Assembly (NCBI RefSeq): GCF_009834535.1
Contig: NC_045697.1
Location: 49,230,001-49,294,000 of the forward strand
Reading direction: 5' to 3'
Source of the DNA: Camelus ferus
Taxonomy: Eukaryota
Length of the DNA: 64,000 nucleotides
The notes under the pieces were generated by a model. That model was not told the origin of the DNA. It worked only from the letters and a program-made list of their open reading frames with translations, and made no database searches. How positions within the stretch are numbered: the stretch's first letter is position 1; each line of letters begins with the position of its first letter. The position numbers and the translations under genes were made by a program. This document shows, one piece after another, positions 26,101-40,470 of this stretch.

Positions 26101-27214
26101 GACATAATTTCAGTCTTCTTAAATTTGTTAAGACCTGTTTTATGGCCTAACATATGATCTATCCCAGAAAATGTTTCATGTGCACTTGAGAAGGGTGTGT
26201 ATCCTATTGCTTCTAGATGGAATGTCCTGTATATTTCTGTTAAGTCCATCTGGTCTAATGTGCCATTTAGGCCAATGTTTCCTTGTTTATTTTCTGTCTG
26301 GATGACCTATCAATGGATGTAAGTAGGATATTAAAGTCCCCTGCTATTATTATACTGCTGTCTGTTTCTCCCTTTAGGTCTGTTAATATTTATTTTATGC
26401 ATTTAGTAGGTTAATATATATTTTAACTTAGGTTAATATTTAGGCACTCCTATGCTGGGTGCATAAATATACACAAATGTTATATTCTCTTGTTGGACTG
26501 ACCCCTTTATCACTATATAATTCCCTTCTTTGTCTCTTATTACAGTCTTTGTTTCACAGCCTATTTTGTCTGACATAAGTACAGCTACACCAGTTTTCTT
26601 TCAGTTTCTATTTGCATGGAACATCTTTTCCCATAACTTCACTTCCAGTCTCTGTGTGTCCTTAACTTTTAAGTGTGTTATTTGTAGGCAGCATATTGAT
26701 AAGTTTGGTTTTGTATTCACTCAACCACTCTATGTCTTTTGATTGGAGAATTTAGTTCATTTACATTTAAAGTAATTACTGAAAGGTATGTACTTATTGC
26801 CATTTTGTTCATTGTTTTCTGGTTATTTTGTAGTTCCTCTGTTCCTTTCTTCTTCTGGCTACTCTCTTCCTTTGTGATTGATTACTCTCCTTAGTGGTAT
26901 GCTTATATTCCTTCTCCTTTTATTTTTTTGTATATAGTATAGGTTTTTGCTCTGTGGCTACCAAGAAACTTACCTATAACAACTTAATATTTATAACAGT
27001 CTATTTTAAGTTGGTAACAACTTAACTTTGAATGCATTCTAGAGCTCTACATTTTTATTCTTACCCCCCCAATTTTGTTTTTGATGTTACATTTTACATC
27101 TTTTAATTGTGTGTATTCCTTAACTAATTATGATAGTTGCAGCTGTTTTTACTACCTTTGTCTTTTAGCCTTTATACTAGCCTTCTAAGTAATTAATCCA
27201 CAACCTCTATCATA

Positions 27215-27620
27215 CAGACATACCTCGTTTTCTTGCACTTTGCTTTAATGTGCTTCACAGCTACTGCATTTTTTACAAACCAACAGTCTGTGGCAACTCT
27301 GCCTTGAGAAAGTCTGTTGGTGCCATTTTTCCAATAGCATTTACTCACTTCATTTCTGTGTATCACATTTTGGTAATTCTTGCAATATTTCAAACTTTTA
27401 AATTATTATTATGTCATGGTAATCTGTGATCAGTGATCTTTGATGTTACAACTTGGAGAAGGTTCAGATAATGGTTAGCAATTTTTAGCAACAAAGTATT
27501 TTACATTAAGGTATGCACACTGTTCTTCTAGGCATAATGCCAGTGCAGGCTTAACAGTCTATGATACAGAATAAACATAAATTTTATATGCACTGGGACA
27601 ACACAAAATTCACTTTGCTT
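27215..27620 (+). mobile_element. Tigger1-like DNA transposon fragment
   Basis: cagacatacctcgttttcttgcactttgctttaatgtgcttcacag...gtctgttggtgccatttttccaatagca matches the Tigger1 end. Confidence 0.75.
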
Positions 27621-29309
27621 GACTCTCAATGTTGATTTCTATGCGTTAGATAAAATAGCTGCCTCTCCCAGCCTTGAAGGGTTGGCCCTGCGTAGGAGAT
27701 AAATCTTGTCATTCAACTCTGCCCTAGCTTTTCAAACCTTTGTGATCATTCAGGCAGCCCATTTAATTTTTTAATAGCTCTCAGTAGCTGAGGGTGTGTC
27801 AAAACCAGTTAGTGTCCCAAAAGGAAGAATCTCATTCAGCACCTAGTTTCAGGCTGATTAAAAGCCAGACCCCCTTAGGCAACAGCTTCTTAAAAATGCA
27901 AATATATACAGTTCTTTGGGACAAGTGCAAGCACTGCTGGTCCCCAGAACCAAGTGATCTGGAGGTATCTCCTGGGCAGAGGTCATAAAAATCAAGGCTC
28001 CAGACGAGTGTGTATGCTCCTTTCTAAGAGATGCCAGTAAGCTGTGGCAAGGCAGAGGGAAGGCAGAAAGATAGTATTCTCCAGGTTATACTACCTGAGA
28101 GCACCTCTGTAGACTCTGGATGTGTTTCAAACCTGAAGCCTGTTCCTATGGCCAAAGCTCCAGGAGTAACAAGTAGGTGTCTTTCACGGAAAGACTAGGA
28201 GAGTGTTTTAGTCCACTTTCTGTGCAGTGTCCTGGGAGTGGCAGCCTTCCAAGAACTGTCTCTGTAATTGTTACAGTCCTGTGGGACCCAGGAACATCAG
28301 TCCCCCTAGCCACCAGAGTAAGGCAATCAAGGTGTGTCCCCTGGCAGCATCTGCTAAAGTCAGGGCATCAAAGAAGGGTATAAGCTCCTATATGGAAGAT
28401 ATCAGTGAGCTGGAACAAAGCAGAGGGAAAGCACAAAACCGGAGTCCACCTTGGAAATACTAGTGCAGCAGAGGGAGAGGACAAAGATGGTACCAGCTGG
28501 TTGGAGCAAGGCAGAGGAGGTGGGGTACAAAAATGGCACCTGCCAAAAAGAGGAGAAAAAAAGTTGGAGAAGGCATCCACTGGTTTCAGCAAGGCAGAAA
28601 GAGATAGTAAACAATGGTGCTCATAGACTGGAGCATACAGATGACTCCCACTGGGAAGGAAAAAGAAGAAAAGCTGACACCCCTGAGCTTTAGCAAGGCA
28701 GAAGGAGGGCATGATGACAGTCCCCACTAGCTTCCATCCCAGGAGAATATCCCAGCAAGTTCTTGCCCCTCAGACCAACTGTTTCAAAATTAACAAATGA
28801 GTCTTTTACATATAACGTCTGAGTGCTGTTCAAAGGGCTGCTTCTGTGCTGCACTCTAGAGCAGCTGGGTCCGCACACAGACCCTTTAAGAACTATACTG
28901 TGGTTTGTCATGGCCCCACAGGTCACATGGATGTGAGCCCCACTGGTCTTTAAACCCAGATATTTTGAGGCCTTGTCTCTCAGTTAATAGTCTTTAAAGT
29001 TGGGGTGCCCAATGTGGAGTATAAGCCCTTTACTCCTCATGGAGAAGCTCCAAGTTTCAAGTTCCCTTCCAATTGAGGGTCACAGTGCCAGAGGCAGAAT
29101 TTATGGCAAGATTGTGCCTCAGCCTTTCATACCCACTTAAATGTGGTTTCCCTCTCATTTGTCTAATGTTAAGAGTTGTGCCATCTGTTTTCAGTTTTTT
29201 CCCAGGAGAAACCGTTCCATACATGGCTGCAGATTTGGTATGTGGGAAGAGGTGAATACAGGATCTTCTTATGTCACCACCTTGAACTGGAACCTCTAGT
29301 TTTTAACTC

Positions 29310-30020
29310 TTGATTTCATTCATCCAACCATTCATCAACAAATATCTGAGTCCTCACAATGTTCCAGGAACTGTTTTAGGTACTGGAGATATATCAGGAA
29401 ACAAAATAGATAAACATTCCGCCCCTTGTCAAATTCACATTCTTGTGGGAGGGGGCAGTCAAATAACAACTAAAATAAATAAATTACACAAGTATGTTAG
29501 AATATAGTAAGTATTAGGGTTTTTTTTTAAGTAATACAAGGGAGATTTAGGAGTCCATGGAGAGTTTGCCACCTAAATGGATGGTTGAGGGAATCCCTGA
29601 AAAGGTGACATGAGCAAAGACTTGAAGGAGATGAGGGAGATCAGCCATGAAGATTGTGGTGGAAGAGTGGTCAGGCAGAAGAATACAAGAGGCTGATATG
29701 GCTGGAAGAGAACAGTCATAGGTAAGGGAAGAGTTAGAGGAGATAAGATCAGCAAGGTAAGTATGGTGGTGGGAAGATAATACAAGTCTTTACAGGCTAT
29801 TGTAAGAATTTTGGATTTTACTCTAAGAGAAAGGAAACAAATCATAAAGTTTAAACAGAGGTATGACAAGATTTGACTTAAAATTTTTAAGATGATGACT
29901 CTGGGTGTTAAGCTGAGAATAGTCTGCAGGGTGAAATTCAACCAGTTTACAGGTTGTCATGATAATGTAAGCAGAGATTATGGCTGCTTGAACCAAGACT
30001 GCAGTAATAAAGGTGATAAG
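29310..30020 (-). mobile_element. L2 LINE fragment
   Basis: tcattcatccaaccattcatcaacaaatat...aaggtgacatgagcaaagacttgaagga. Confidence 0.75.
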
Positions 30021-32713
30021 ATTGTGACTGAGTTCTTAGCATAATGCTTTGAAATCTATCCATGTTATTGCATGTATCTGTAATTCTAAAACTGACTATA
30101 GTGATGTTTTCACAATTCTGTGAATATACTAAAGACCACTAAATTGTACACTTTAAAAAGGTGAATTGTATGGCACCTGAATTAAATCTCAGTGCTGTTT
30201 TTTAAAAGAAGAATTAACTACTGATACAATATGGATGAATCTCAAACGCATTATACTAAGAAGTCAGTCACAAAAATCTACATGCTGTATGATAATATTT
30301 AAATGACATTCTAGAAAAGACAAAACTGTAGTGACAGAAAACAGATCAGTGACTTCCAAGGCCTTGGGTGGAGGGAAAAGACTGACTACAAAGGGCATAA
30401 AGGAACTTTTCAGGGTGATGAAATGTTTTCTATCATGATTATATTGGTGGTTACATGAGGATACACGTTTAAGAGTCACAGAATTGCACACGTGAAATTG
30501 ATTGAATCTTATTTATATAAATCATACATAAATACAGTTGATTTTAAAAAATAACAACTTTGCCCACATACTCCTCGGAATGTCTTCGTGTACCTCCAGA
30601 GTTATATGTACCCCAATTTGAAGACTACTTACTGGAAAGCATCTGTAATGTTGCAACAGCCAAAGGAAGAGGCTTGAAAGGGAGTTGGGAGATCCAAAAG
30701 AGCTCACTTGTGATCTGATAATGCAAAGTACATGTATCTTAGAGACAGGAGGCCAAAGCAAGACATTACAGCAGTAAATATAAATTACCATCATCCAGAG
30801 ACCAGCAGGATCAGACACCTCAGTGAAGGCCAGAGACCACTAGAGGTCAGCACCAGAACAAGTTACCTCCGTACACTGGCAGGACTTAGCTTGCTCTTGG
30901 GAAGGAAAAAGGGGAAACGGGGAGAAAAACATTCTGAATTTAACTAAATTTTTACTTAAAGAAGACAGCTTCAACTCAGAAGTAACTAAATTTTAATTGG
31001 CAAGATGAATGTTTCCCCAGTAGTGGACATGAAAGCTTGTGAAGTATGCTGATTTCCAATATATAGAAATTCAATTTCCTTTTTGCACATGGTTCCCCAT
31101 CTACATTGTGACACTCTGCTATTGGGGAAAATTGTAGTCTGTTCTCTGCTGGCTGTTAATCTGGTCTCCAGAAGTGGTGACATTTATTTGCTGGTTTCAT
31201 GACAGTGTTTTCTACAGGCCCTGAATGCCCTGCTAATAAATTTCCCCACCAGTAAATCCCACTACATCCTCCTGGCATTGGGTATTCTAAAGAATAATTT
31301 CTATGTCCTCTCACCTTATTAGGCGGTCCTCCCACAAACCCAAAATGAGCTTCCCTGGCCTTGCTGAGCATCTTCTTACAGAAGACTATAGCTGGTGTGT
31401 GCCCCAGTTACCTTCACTCGGCCCAAAGGGAAACCTAGGAATTCCATCACAACAATCTTGATTTGGCAGAAAACCATAAAAAAGGAACTTTTGTCTGCTC
31501 TCAATTCATTCTGTTACTTTGCTATTTTCAATTTATTGCTTGGCTGGTCTCATGTTATACATGATGCTTTTCTAATAGAGTGACCCTGAAAATGGCCCAG
31601 TTTCCCCAAGGAGAGGCAAGAAAACAATCTCTACCACACTAGGGTTCTTTCAAACTTAGGTTGTTTCTAACCTCCTACATCAACTCTTTCCACAGCTTCA
31701 GTCCAGAGGAGCCAGGATACTGGAGTCTAATGTTTTCTCCTTCTTTTCTTTCTGTTCTACTCTCCTACTCCCAATTCCTGTTAGAGGTACTCCTATATGC
31801 TATTTACTTCTCCTTCATCCTATGAACCTCCTTTTTCTGCCATTATCTATTTTTTTTCCCCTGGACTACTAATGACTTAATCTTAAAGGTGACTGGAGTA
31901 CAGACAGAATAGAATTTTAGAGGGAATGAAAGCATACCTACTTAGTATTATCAAAGTAATCCAAAATATTACCCCTGTAATATTAAATATACAACAATTA
32001 AAATATATTATTACATTTTTAGACATGTCTCTATTGGTAAATTTTAAGTCTCTAGGCTTTAATTCTCAATTTTTTTTCTACACTACACATTCTCATCAAG
32101 GACAATGGATCTCTATGGCAATAATTTCAGTGTTTATGTGTACGTGTGGAGTGAGTTAGAATGCGAGAAGTATGGTATTTCCAAAAGAAAGCCTTCTGAA
32201 ATTTTTCACATGTCCCTCGTGATATACATCAACTTATCTTCAAATCTCCTAGAATGCTCCTTATCATATGTCTTTTTGCTATGAGTACTCCAAAATTGTT
32301 TATGAAATAAGGTAAGAGAGGGAGGAAGAGAGAGAGGAAAGAAAGTCAGTAGTCTTACTAAGCTTATAAGATTCCCAGGATAAACATTAGCAGGAACAGT
32401 ATCAGAGCATCTTTAGACATTAAGGACTAGGGGCAACAATTTAGCTTTTGCAGCTAGATCTGATGTGCCCATGTCCTTGAAAAGAAGCTTTACTCATAGG
32501 GACTTTCCAGTAATAGTGGTAAGATCTTCTGTTTTTGGTCACCTGGACTTTTAATTTTAGCTTCAATGAACACTTAGATCAGCGATGACTTAAAACCATA
32601 TACCTCTATGCCTCAGCATTCTTGTACTATTTATTGATACCTGTTACACACACAGACACTCAGTTACAGGAAGGATATCACACTCATTATATATTACTAA
32701 CCCAGTACAAGAG

Positions 32714-35700
32714 CAGCTAAATATATAAAGCAAATATTAACAGACACAAATAGAGAAACTGACAATAAACAATAAGAGTAGGCAACTTTAACAGCCCACT
32801 TACATCTATGGACAGATCCTCCAGACAGAAAATCAATAAGGTAAAAGTGGTCTTAAGTGACACAGTAGAGCAGCTTGACTTAAAATATACCCACAGGATA
32901 TATTCCATCCAAAAATAGCAGAATACACATTCTTTTCAAGCATACGTAGAACAATCTTCAGGATAGAGGACGTGCTATGCCACAAAATAAATCTCAACAA
33001 ATTTAAGAGGATAGAAATTATATAAAGCATTTTTTCTGACAACAGTATAACCAGAAATCAATTACAGGAAGAAAAATGGGAGAAGCACAAATACATGAAG
33101 ACTAAATAACATGCTACTAAAAAAACCAATGGACCAATAAAGATATCAAAGAGGAAATCAGAAAACACCTCAAGACAAATGAAAACAAACATCATTTGGA
33201 AACACAACTTTCCAAAATTTATGGAATGCACCAAAAACAGTTCTAAGAGGAACGTTTACAGCATACAGGCTTACCTCAAAAAACAAGAAATATCTCAAAT
33301 AAAAAAAACCCTAATTCACTATCTAAATGAATCTGAAAAAGAACAACAAAACCTAAATTCAGCAGAAAGAAGGAAATAATAATGATTAGAGAGGAAGTAT
33401 ATAAAATAGAGACAAAAAAAAAATCAATGAAATCAAGAACTGGCTTTTGGAAGAGATAAACAAAATTGATAAAGCTTTAGCCAGGCTCATCAAGAAGAAA
33501 AGAGAGAGAACCCCAATAAACATATAAGAAATAGAAGGGGAAAAATAACAACTAATACTGCAGAAATAGAAAAAAAATCATAAGAATACTATGAACAGGT
33601 ATATGCCAACAAATTGTAAAACCTAGAAGAAATGGACAAGTTTCTAGCAATAAAAAGCCTGCCAAATTGAGTCAAGAAGAAACAGATAATTTGAACAGAC
33701 CAATCATTAGAAATGAAATAGAATCTGTAATTAAAAAACTCTCAGGAAAGGACAGCCTCACTGGGGAACTCTATCAAACATAAAAAACTTATACCTATCC
33801 TTCTCAAACTATTACAAAAGATTGAAGAGGAGGGAAGCACTATCACCCTGATACGAAAACCAAAGACATTACAAAAAAGGAAAATTATATGCCAATATCT
33901 CTGATGAATATAGATGTAAAAATCCTCAACAAAATGTTAGGAAGCAAAATCCAACAATATATATAAAGGATCATACACCATTCTCAACTAGGGTATTTTC
34001 CCAAAGATGCAAGGATGGTTCAATATTTGGAAATCAATCAATGAGATACACCACATTAACCAAAAAGATAAAAATCACACTATCATCTCAACAGACACAG
34101 AAAAAAGCATTTGACAAAATTCAACACCCCCTCATGCTAAAAACCCTCATCAAAGTTGGTATAGAAAGGAACATATCTCAACATATTGAAGGCCATTTAT
34201 AGCAACCCACAGCTAACATCACACTCAATGGTGAAAAGTTGAAAGCCTTGCCTCTAAAATCATGAAGAAGACAAGGTACCTACTCTTGCCACTTCTGTTT
34301 AATATAGTATTAGAAGTCCTAGCCACAGCAATCAGATAAGAAAAAAGAAATAAAAGGCAACCAAATTGGAAGGGAAGAAGTAGTACTGTCCCTAGTTGCA
34401 GATGACATGATACAATACATAGAAAACCCAAAGTCTCTGCCAAAAAAAGCTCTTAGAATAAATGAATGTAGGTTGCAGGCTACAAGATTAATATACAAAA
34501 ATATGTTGCTTTTCTATACATTAATAATGAATTAACAGAAAAAGAATTTCAGAAAACAATCCCATTTACAATTGCATCAAAGAGAATAAAATACCTAGGA
34601 ATAAACTTAACCAAAGAGATGAAAGATCTATACTCTGAAAACTATAAAACATTGATAAAGGAATTTGAAAACGATATAAAGAAATGTAAAGATACTCTGT
34701 GTTCCTGGATTGGAAAAATTAATATTATTAAAATGTCCATACAATCTACAGATTTAATGCAACCCCTATCAAAATACTCATGGCATTTTTCACAGACCGA
34801 GAAAAAAAAAAATCCTAAAATCTATATGGAATCCCAGAAGACCCCAACTGCCAAACAGTCTGGAGAAAAAAGAACAAAGATGGTGGTATCACCCTTCCCT
34901 GACTTCAGACTATACTACAAAGCTACAGAAATCAAAACAGAATGGTGCTGGCACAAAAACAGACACACAGATCAAAGGAACAGAAGAGAGAGGCCAGAAA
35001 TAAACACATGCACTTCTAGTTAATTAATCCACAACAAAAGAGTCAAAAATACACAATGGATAAAAGACTCTTCAGTAAGTGGTACTGGGCAAACTGGAGA
35101 GCTCCATGGATATCAATGAGATTAGAACATTTCCTCACACCACATACAAAAACAAACTCAAAATGGATGAAAGACCTAAATGTAAGACCAGACACCATAA
35201 AATTCTTAGAGGAAAACGTAGGCAAAACACTCTTTGACAAAAATCACAGCAATATTTTTTGGATCTGTCTCCTAACGCAAAAGAAAAAAAAAATAAACAA
35301 ATGGAACTAAATTAAACTTAAAAGTTTTTACACACCAAAGAAAACCACCAACAAAAGAAAAGATAACCTACCAAACAGGAGAAAATATTTGTAAATGCTA
35401 TGACTTATAAGGGTTAATATTCAAAATAAAAAATAGCTCATACAACTAAGTATCAAAAACAAACAACTTGATTAAAACATGAGCGGAAGACCTGAACAAA
35501 CATTTCTCTAAAGAAGACATACTGATGGCCAATAGGCACATGAAAAGATGTTTAACACTGCTAATCATCAGAGAAATGCAAATCAAAACCACAATGAGAT
35601 ATCACTTCACACCTGTCAGAAAGGCTGTCATTAAAAAGTCTGCAAATAACAAATGTTGGCCAAGGATGTGGAAAAAAGAGAACCCTTGTACACCGTTGGT

Positions 35701-36380
35701 GGGAATGTTAAGTTGGTGCAGCCACTGTGGAAAACAGTATGATGGCTCCTCTAAAAGCTAAAAATAGAACTACCATATGACCCAGCAATGCCACTACTAG
35801 GTATATATAGGGAAAAAACAAAAACACTAATTCAAAAAGATACATGCACCCCAATTTTCATAGGTACAGTATTCACAATAACCAAGACATGAAAGCAAGC
35901 TAAGTGTCTATCAACAGATGAATGGATAAAGAAAATATGGTATACATATAAAATGGAATATTACTTAGTCATAAAAAGAATGAAAATTTGCCATTTACAA
36001 CAATGTGGATAGACCCAGAGATTATCATCCTTGGTGAAATAAGCCAGATAGAGAAAGAAATAATCTGTTATCACTTAAATGTGGAATATAAAAAAGTAAA
36101 ACAAATGTATATAACAAACAGAAGCAGATTCACAGATACAAAGAACAAACTAGTGGTTACCAGTGGGGAGAGGCAAGATAGGAGTATGAAATTAAGAGAT
36201 ACAAACTACTGTGTATAAAACAGAAAGCAACAAGGACATATTGTACAGCACAAGGAAGTATAGCTATTATTTTGTAATAACATTAAATGCAGTATAATCT
36301 ATAAAAATATTAAGTCATTATGTTGTACACTTGAAACTAATTATAAATCAACTATACTTCAAGAAAAACAAAACCCAAAA
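32714..36380 (+). mobile_element. 5'-truncated degenerate L1 (ORF2 to 3' UTR)
   Basis: Fragmented ORF2 peptides (34619..35023, 35056..35310, 35525..35761, 35988..36218) followed by an A-rich tail. Confidence 0.9.
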
Positions 36381-36699
36381 ACATTGTTTATAACACTGCA
36401 ATCTTGTAAATATTCCTTAGAATAAAGCCATGAAACGCCTAGGGTTGTATTTCCATCTCTGCTGTGCTGTTCCAATGTCATGATCACTATCACACTCAAA
36501 GCAAAGCATTCTAGTGTTAAGATCAAATGAAAAATCCTTTCTAGTGGAATATACCCCACTAATCACTTGAAATCATGCACCATTTTGGTCTGTTTCATAT
36601 TTGGTTCATCAGAATTTTTTATTTTTCCTTAGTTTCTAAGTGACTTTGTTGTTGTTGTTAGAAGAAATAACATCTCCATCATATCTCTAACGTATTTCT

Positions 36700-36946
36700 T
36701 TTTTTATTATTATTGAGTTATAGTCAGTTTACAATGTTGTGTCAATTTCTGGTGTACAGCATGATTTTTCAGTCATACATGAATATACATGTATTTGTTT
36801 TCATATTCTTTTTCACCATGAGCTACTACAAGATCTTGATTATATTTCCCTGTGCTATACACAGTATAAACTTATTTATCTATTCTATATATACATCTGT
36901 CCGTATCTATAAATCTCGAACTCCCAGTCTGTCCCTACCCACCCCC
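36700..36946 (-). mobile_element. Short L1 3' end insertion with 15-bp TSD
   Basis: TSD ctctaaYgtatttct at 36685-36699 and 36947-36961. Confidence 0.8.
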
Positions 36947-37339
36947 CTCTAATGTATTTCTATTTCCAATTTTATTGCTTGAAATCCATTTTGTGCTCGT
37001 TCTTGAAGCCCAGTTTTAACCTGGACCAACTTGCTTTCTAAGCCAACAGCTACCACACTAGAAAATCTTCTAAATGTATCCCTGGGTACTTTTTCCATTT
37101 TTTGTATTATACAGCTTCTTTCTTCAAAATTATCTTTATTTTGTGGGAATACATTCTGAAATGATTTTCTCAGAAAGGAAACATGGAAGATTCAAGTTTT
37201 TAGTGCTTACATTTTTGAAACATGAATATGATTAACAGTGTGGCTGGTATATAATTCTAGGTTCAAAATAATTTTCCCTTCCAATTTTGTATAATAAATT
37301 AATCTCTAAAAGATTTGTGTAAATTCAACTTTTTAAAAG

Positions 37340-38750
37340 ACTTTTTTGAGGGAGAGCAATTTTAGGCTCACAGCAAAACTGGGAAGAAGATACAGAGATT
37401 TTCCTTATAGTGCCTGCCCTCATATGCAGAGACTCCTCCATTGTCAAAATCCCCCACCAGAGTGGTACATTTGTTACAACTGATGATCCTACACTAACAC
37501 ATCACAACTGTCCAAAGTCCACAACAGATATTAGAGTTCACTCTTAGTATTGTATGTACACTGTGTGTTTGGACAAATGTATAATGACACGTATCCATCA
37601 TCATCATCATATCACACTGAGTAGTTTCACTGCCCTAAGAAACTTCTGTTCTCCACCTATTCATCATTTTCCCTTGCCTCAGCTCACTGATCTTTTTACT
37701 GTCTCCATAGTTTTGCCTTTTCCAGAATGTCAGAGTTAGAATCATACAGTATATAGCCTTTTTTTTCCCAGATTGGCTTCTTTTACTCAGTAATATGTAT
37801 TTAAGCTTCCCCCATGTCTTTTCATGGTTTGATAGCTCATTTATTTTTAGTGCTGAATACTCCATTATCTGGATGTACCCGAGTTTACTTATCCATTCGC
37901 CTCTGACAGACATCTTGGTTGCTTCCAAGTTCTGGCAGTTATTATTAAAGCTGTTATAAATATCCATGCACAGGTTTTTCTGTGGACCTGAGTTTTCAAT
38001 TCCTTTGACTAAATACCAAGGAGTGTAACTGATGAACCACATGGTAAAAGTATATTTAGCCTTGTAAGAAACCTCCACACTGTCTTCCAAATTGGTTGTA
38101 TAATTTTGCACTCCCACCAGCAATGAATGAGAGTTTGTTGCTCCACATTTTTGCACCAGCATTTGTTGTCATCAGTGTTCCAGACTTGGCTGTTCTAACA
38201 GATGTATACTGATATTTCTTAGTTGTGTTAATGTGCATTTCCCTGATGATATATGATGTGGAGCATCTTTTCATATGCTTTATTTGCCACCTGTATATTT
38301 TCTTTGGTGAGATGTCTGTTAAGGTCTTTGGACCATTTTTAATCAGGTTTTTTGTTTTATTATTGTTGAGTTTTAAGAGTTCTTTGTATATTTTAGACAA
38401 CAGTCCTTTTTCAGATCTGTCTTTGCAAATATGTGGCTTGTCTTCTTATTTTCTTAACATTATCCTTCTCAGAGCAGAAGTTTTTAATAAAGTCCAAAAA
38501 TTACTTCTTTCATGGATCATGCCTTTAGTGTTATACTTAAAAAATCATTACCATAGTCAAGGCTATCTAGGCTTTTTTTCTTATGTTATCTTCTAGTTTT
38601 ATAGTTTTGCATTTTACATGCAGGCCTGTAATACATTCTGAGTTAATTTTTGTGAAGGGTGTAAGTAAGGTCTGTGACTAGATTCATTCCTTTGTATGTC
38701 CATGTCTCCTTGTTTCAATAATATTTCATTAGAAGATTATCTTTGCTAAA
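37340..38750 (-). mobile_element. Old L1 3' portion
   Basis: ORF2 C-terminal remnants (38056..38400, 37635..38162) plus 3' UTR. Confidence 0.8.
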
Positions 38751-39607
38751 TTCAATTTTTAGAATTAAAATTATTCTCTCTTTGTCATTGTTCTATACTA
38801 GTTTTCAGGTGTAGGTTTTATAATACTTTTAAGTTTCCTATTTGTTGTGTTCCTTAAGTCTTGTCAAATAGATAATGATAAACATGTAACTACTTAAATA
38901 TATATTGAGAAATTCTCAAATGAATATATCTGCATCACAACCAGAGGCACCATATTTTAAGTCAATTCTCTAATGTTTGCAACAGAATGCAGCATTTTTC
39001 ACATGTTCTCTTTTTGTGACTCCTGCCTTCCTAACTAAACTATAAGTTTCTTTTGTACTCATTTTTCTCCCCACTATTCCTAGATTAAAACAATACAAGG
39101 TACAGAGAAAGCATTCAAGATACATTTAAGAAGAATTTGGTCAATGATGCTTTTTAACTCTGAATTATATCTATAATCTAGTATATATTTATTAATAATT
39201 TCAACTAGTTTTTATAATGATTACACTCATTCAATAAATTTAATCTAAATGTTTATGGAGTACCTGTTATAGGCCAAGTACTACATTAGGTGCTGGGATT
39301 TATCAGTGAACAGAACAAAGATCTCTGCCTTCAGGAAGTTTCCATCCAGCAAGCTGGGAGGAAAGGGAAGGAGGTAACTGACAATGAAAATAATAAATCA
39401 CCAATTATGCAGTGAAGAGAGATGAAGAGTGAAGTACAGTGGATTACAAGTAGAGAGTGCAGGGAGTTATGAGCAGGTTGTAGTATTAAATAGAATGTCT
39501 GTTATGCCTCATTGAGAGGGTGAGATTTGAGGAAAAAAACTTGAATGAAGTAAGGGAGTCAATCAAGTGGTTATCTGCAGGAAAGCATTCTTTACAGAGA
39601 GAATAGT

Positions 39608-40470
39608 TAGAACTGCACTGTGCAATAACATCTATGCCTACTGAGTACTTGAAATTTAACTTTGTAACTATGGAACTGAATTTTTTATTGTGTTTCAATT
39701 TATTTAATTTAAATTTAAAAGCTGATATTTGAATTATTTGAAAAAATTTAAGTATGTTTAGAAAAATAATTTTTTAAAAAGCCTCACAGCATTGGTTTTC
39801 ACTAAGAAATGTCCTTATTCCTACAACCTTCTGACCTTATTTGACAGTTATTTTGTTATCAATTCTTTCCAAAATCCATGCCTTCTTAACCCAGTTAGAC
39901 GGCAAACTCTTTGAAAGTAAAGGTTCTGCACTTATTAGCCAGTCAGTGAATGTGCTCTGATACCGTGCAAATCATTCCTGAAACCTAATAATTCCCTTTA
40001 TAGAATCAAAAGGTCCACGTTTAAGCAAATCACTGATTTTATTTTTAAGCATTGATTTGCCTGCTCTCAGTTTTCCTATCACTTTTTTTTTTCTCGTGGA
40101 TCTGAATCTGCACTGTGGATCCATGTATGTAGTCATAATAAATGACAGAACCTGAAATTAAAAAAAAAAAAAAGAGTAACTTGGATATGTGATTCTATGC
40201 TTCAACTACAAACTTTATAAAATCTAAATACTGATCAAGTACCTCTGATGAAAATTCAGTGTCCAAATAAAATGTACTGTTAGTGTAAAATACAGATTTC
40301 AAACACACAGTAGTAGAAAAAGTTAAGACATCTTATTTAGATACCGTAGGTTAAATAAAATACATTAGTAAAATTAATTTCACTTGCTTCTTTTTATCTT
40401 AATGTGGCTGCTAGAAATTTGTAAATTATATGTATGGCTTGCTTTGTATTTCTTTTGGACAACACTGAGC
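39608..40470. mobile_element. MER33/Charlie-type DNA transposon interrupted by a polyadenylated insertion
   Basis: Termini gcactgtgcaata... and ...ttggacaacactg. Internal aaatctaaatactgatcaagta...gatgaaaatt. Confidence 0.6.

Larger units (their letters stand above)
21860..29295 (-). mobile_element. Degenerate near-full-length L1 with nested insertions (second L1 3' end ~22720-23660; Tigger ~27215-27620)
   Basis: Broken ORF2 peptides (23669..24166, 24719..24991, 25324..25530, 26064..26249) in the correct order. Segment 27630-29295 looks like a 5'/UTR region (less certain). Confidence 0.85.

Noticed and set aside
30855..30905. Minus-strand donor-like GAG|gtaact as an alternative ART3 5' exon
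   Set aside because: A motif alone; no promoter or acceptor evidence.
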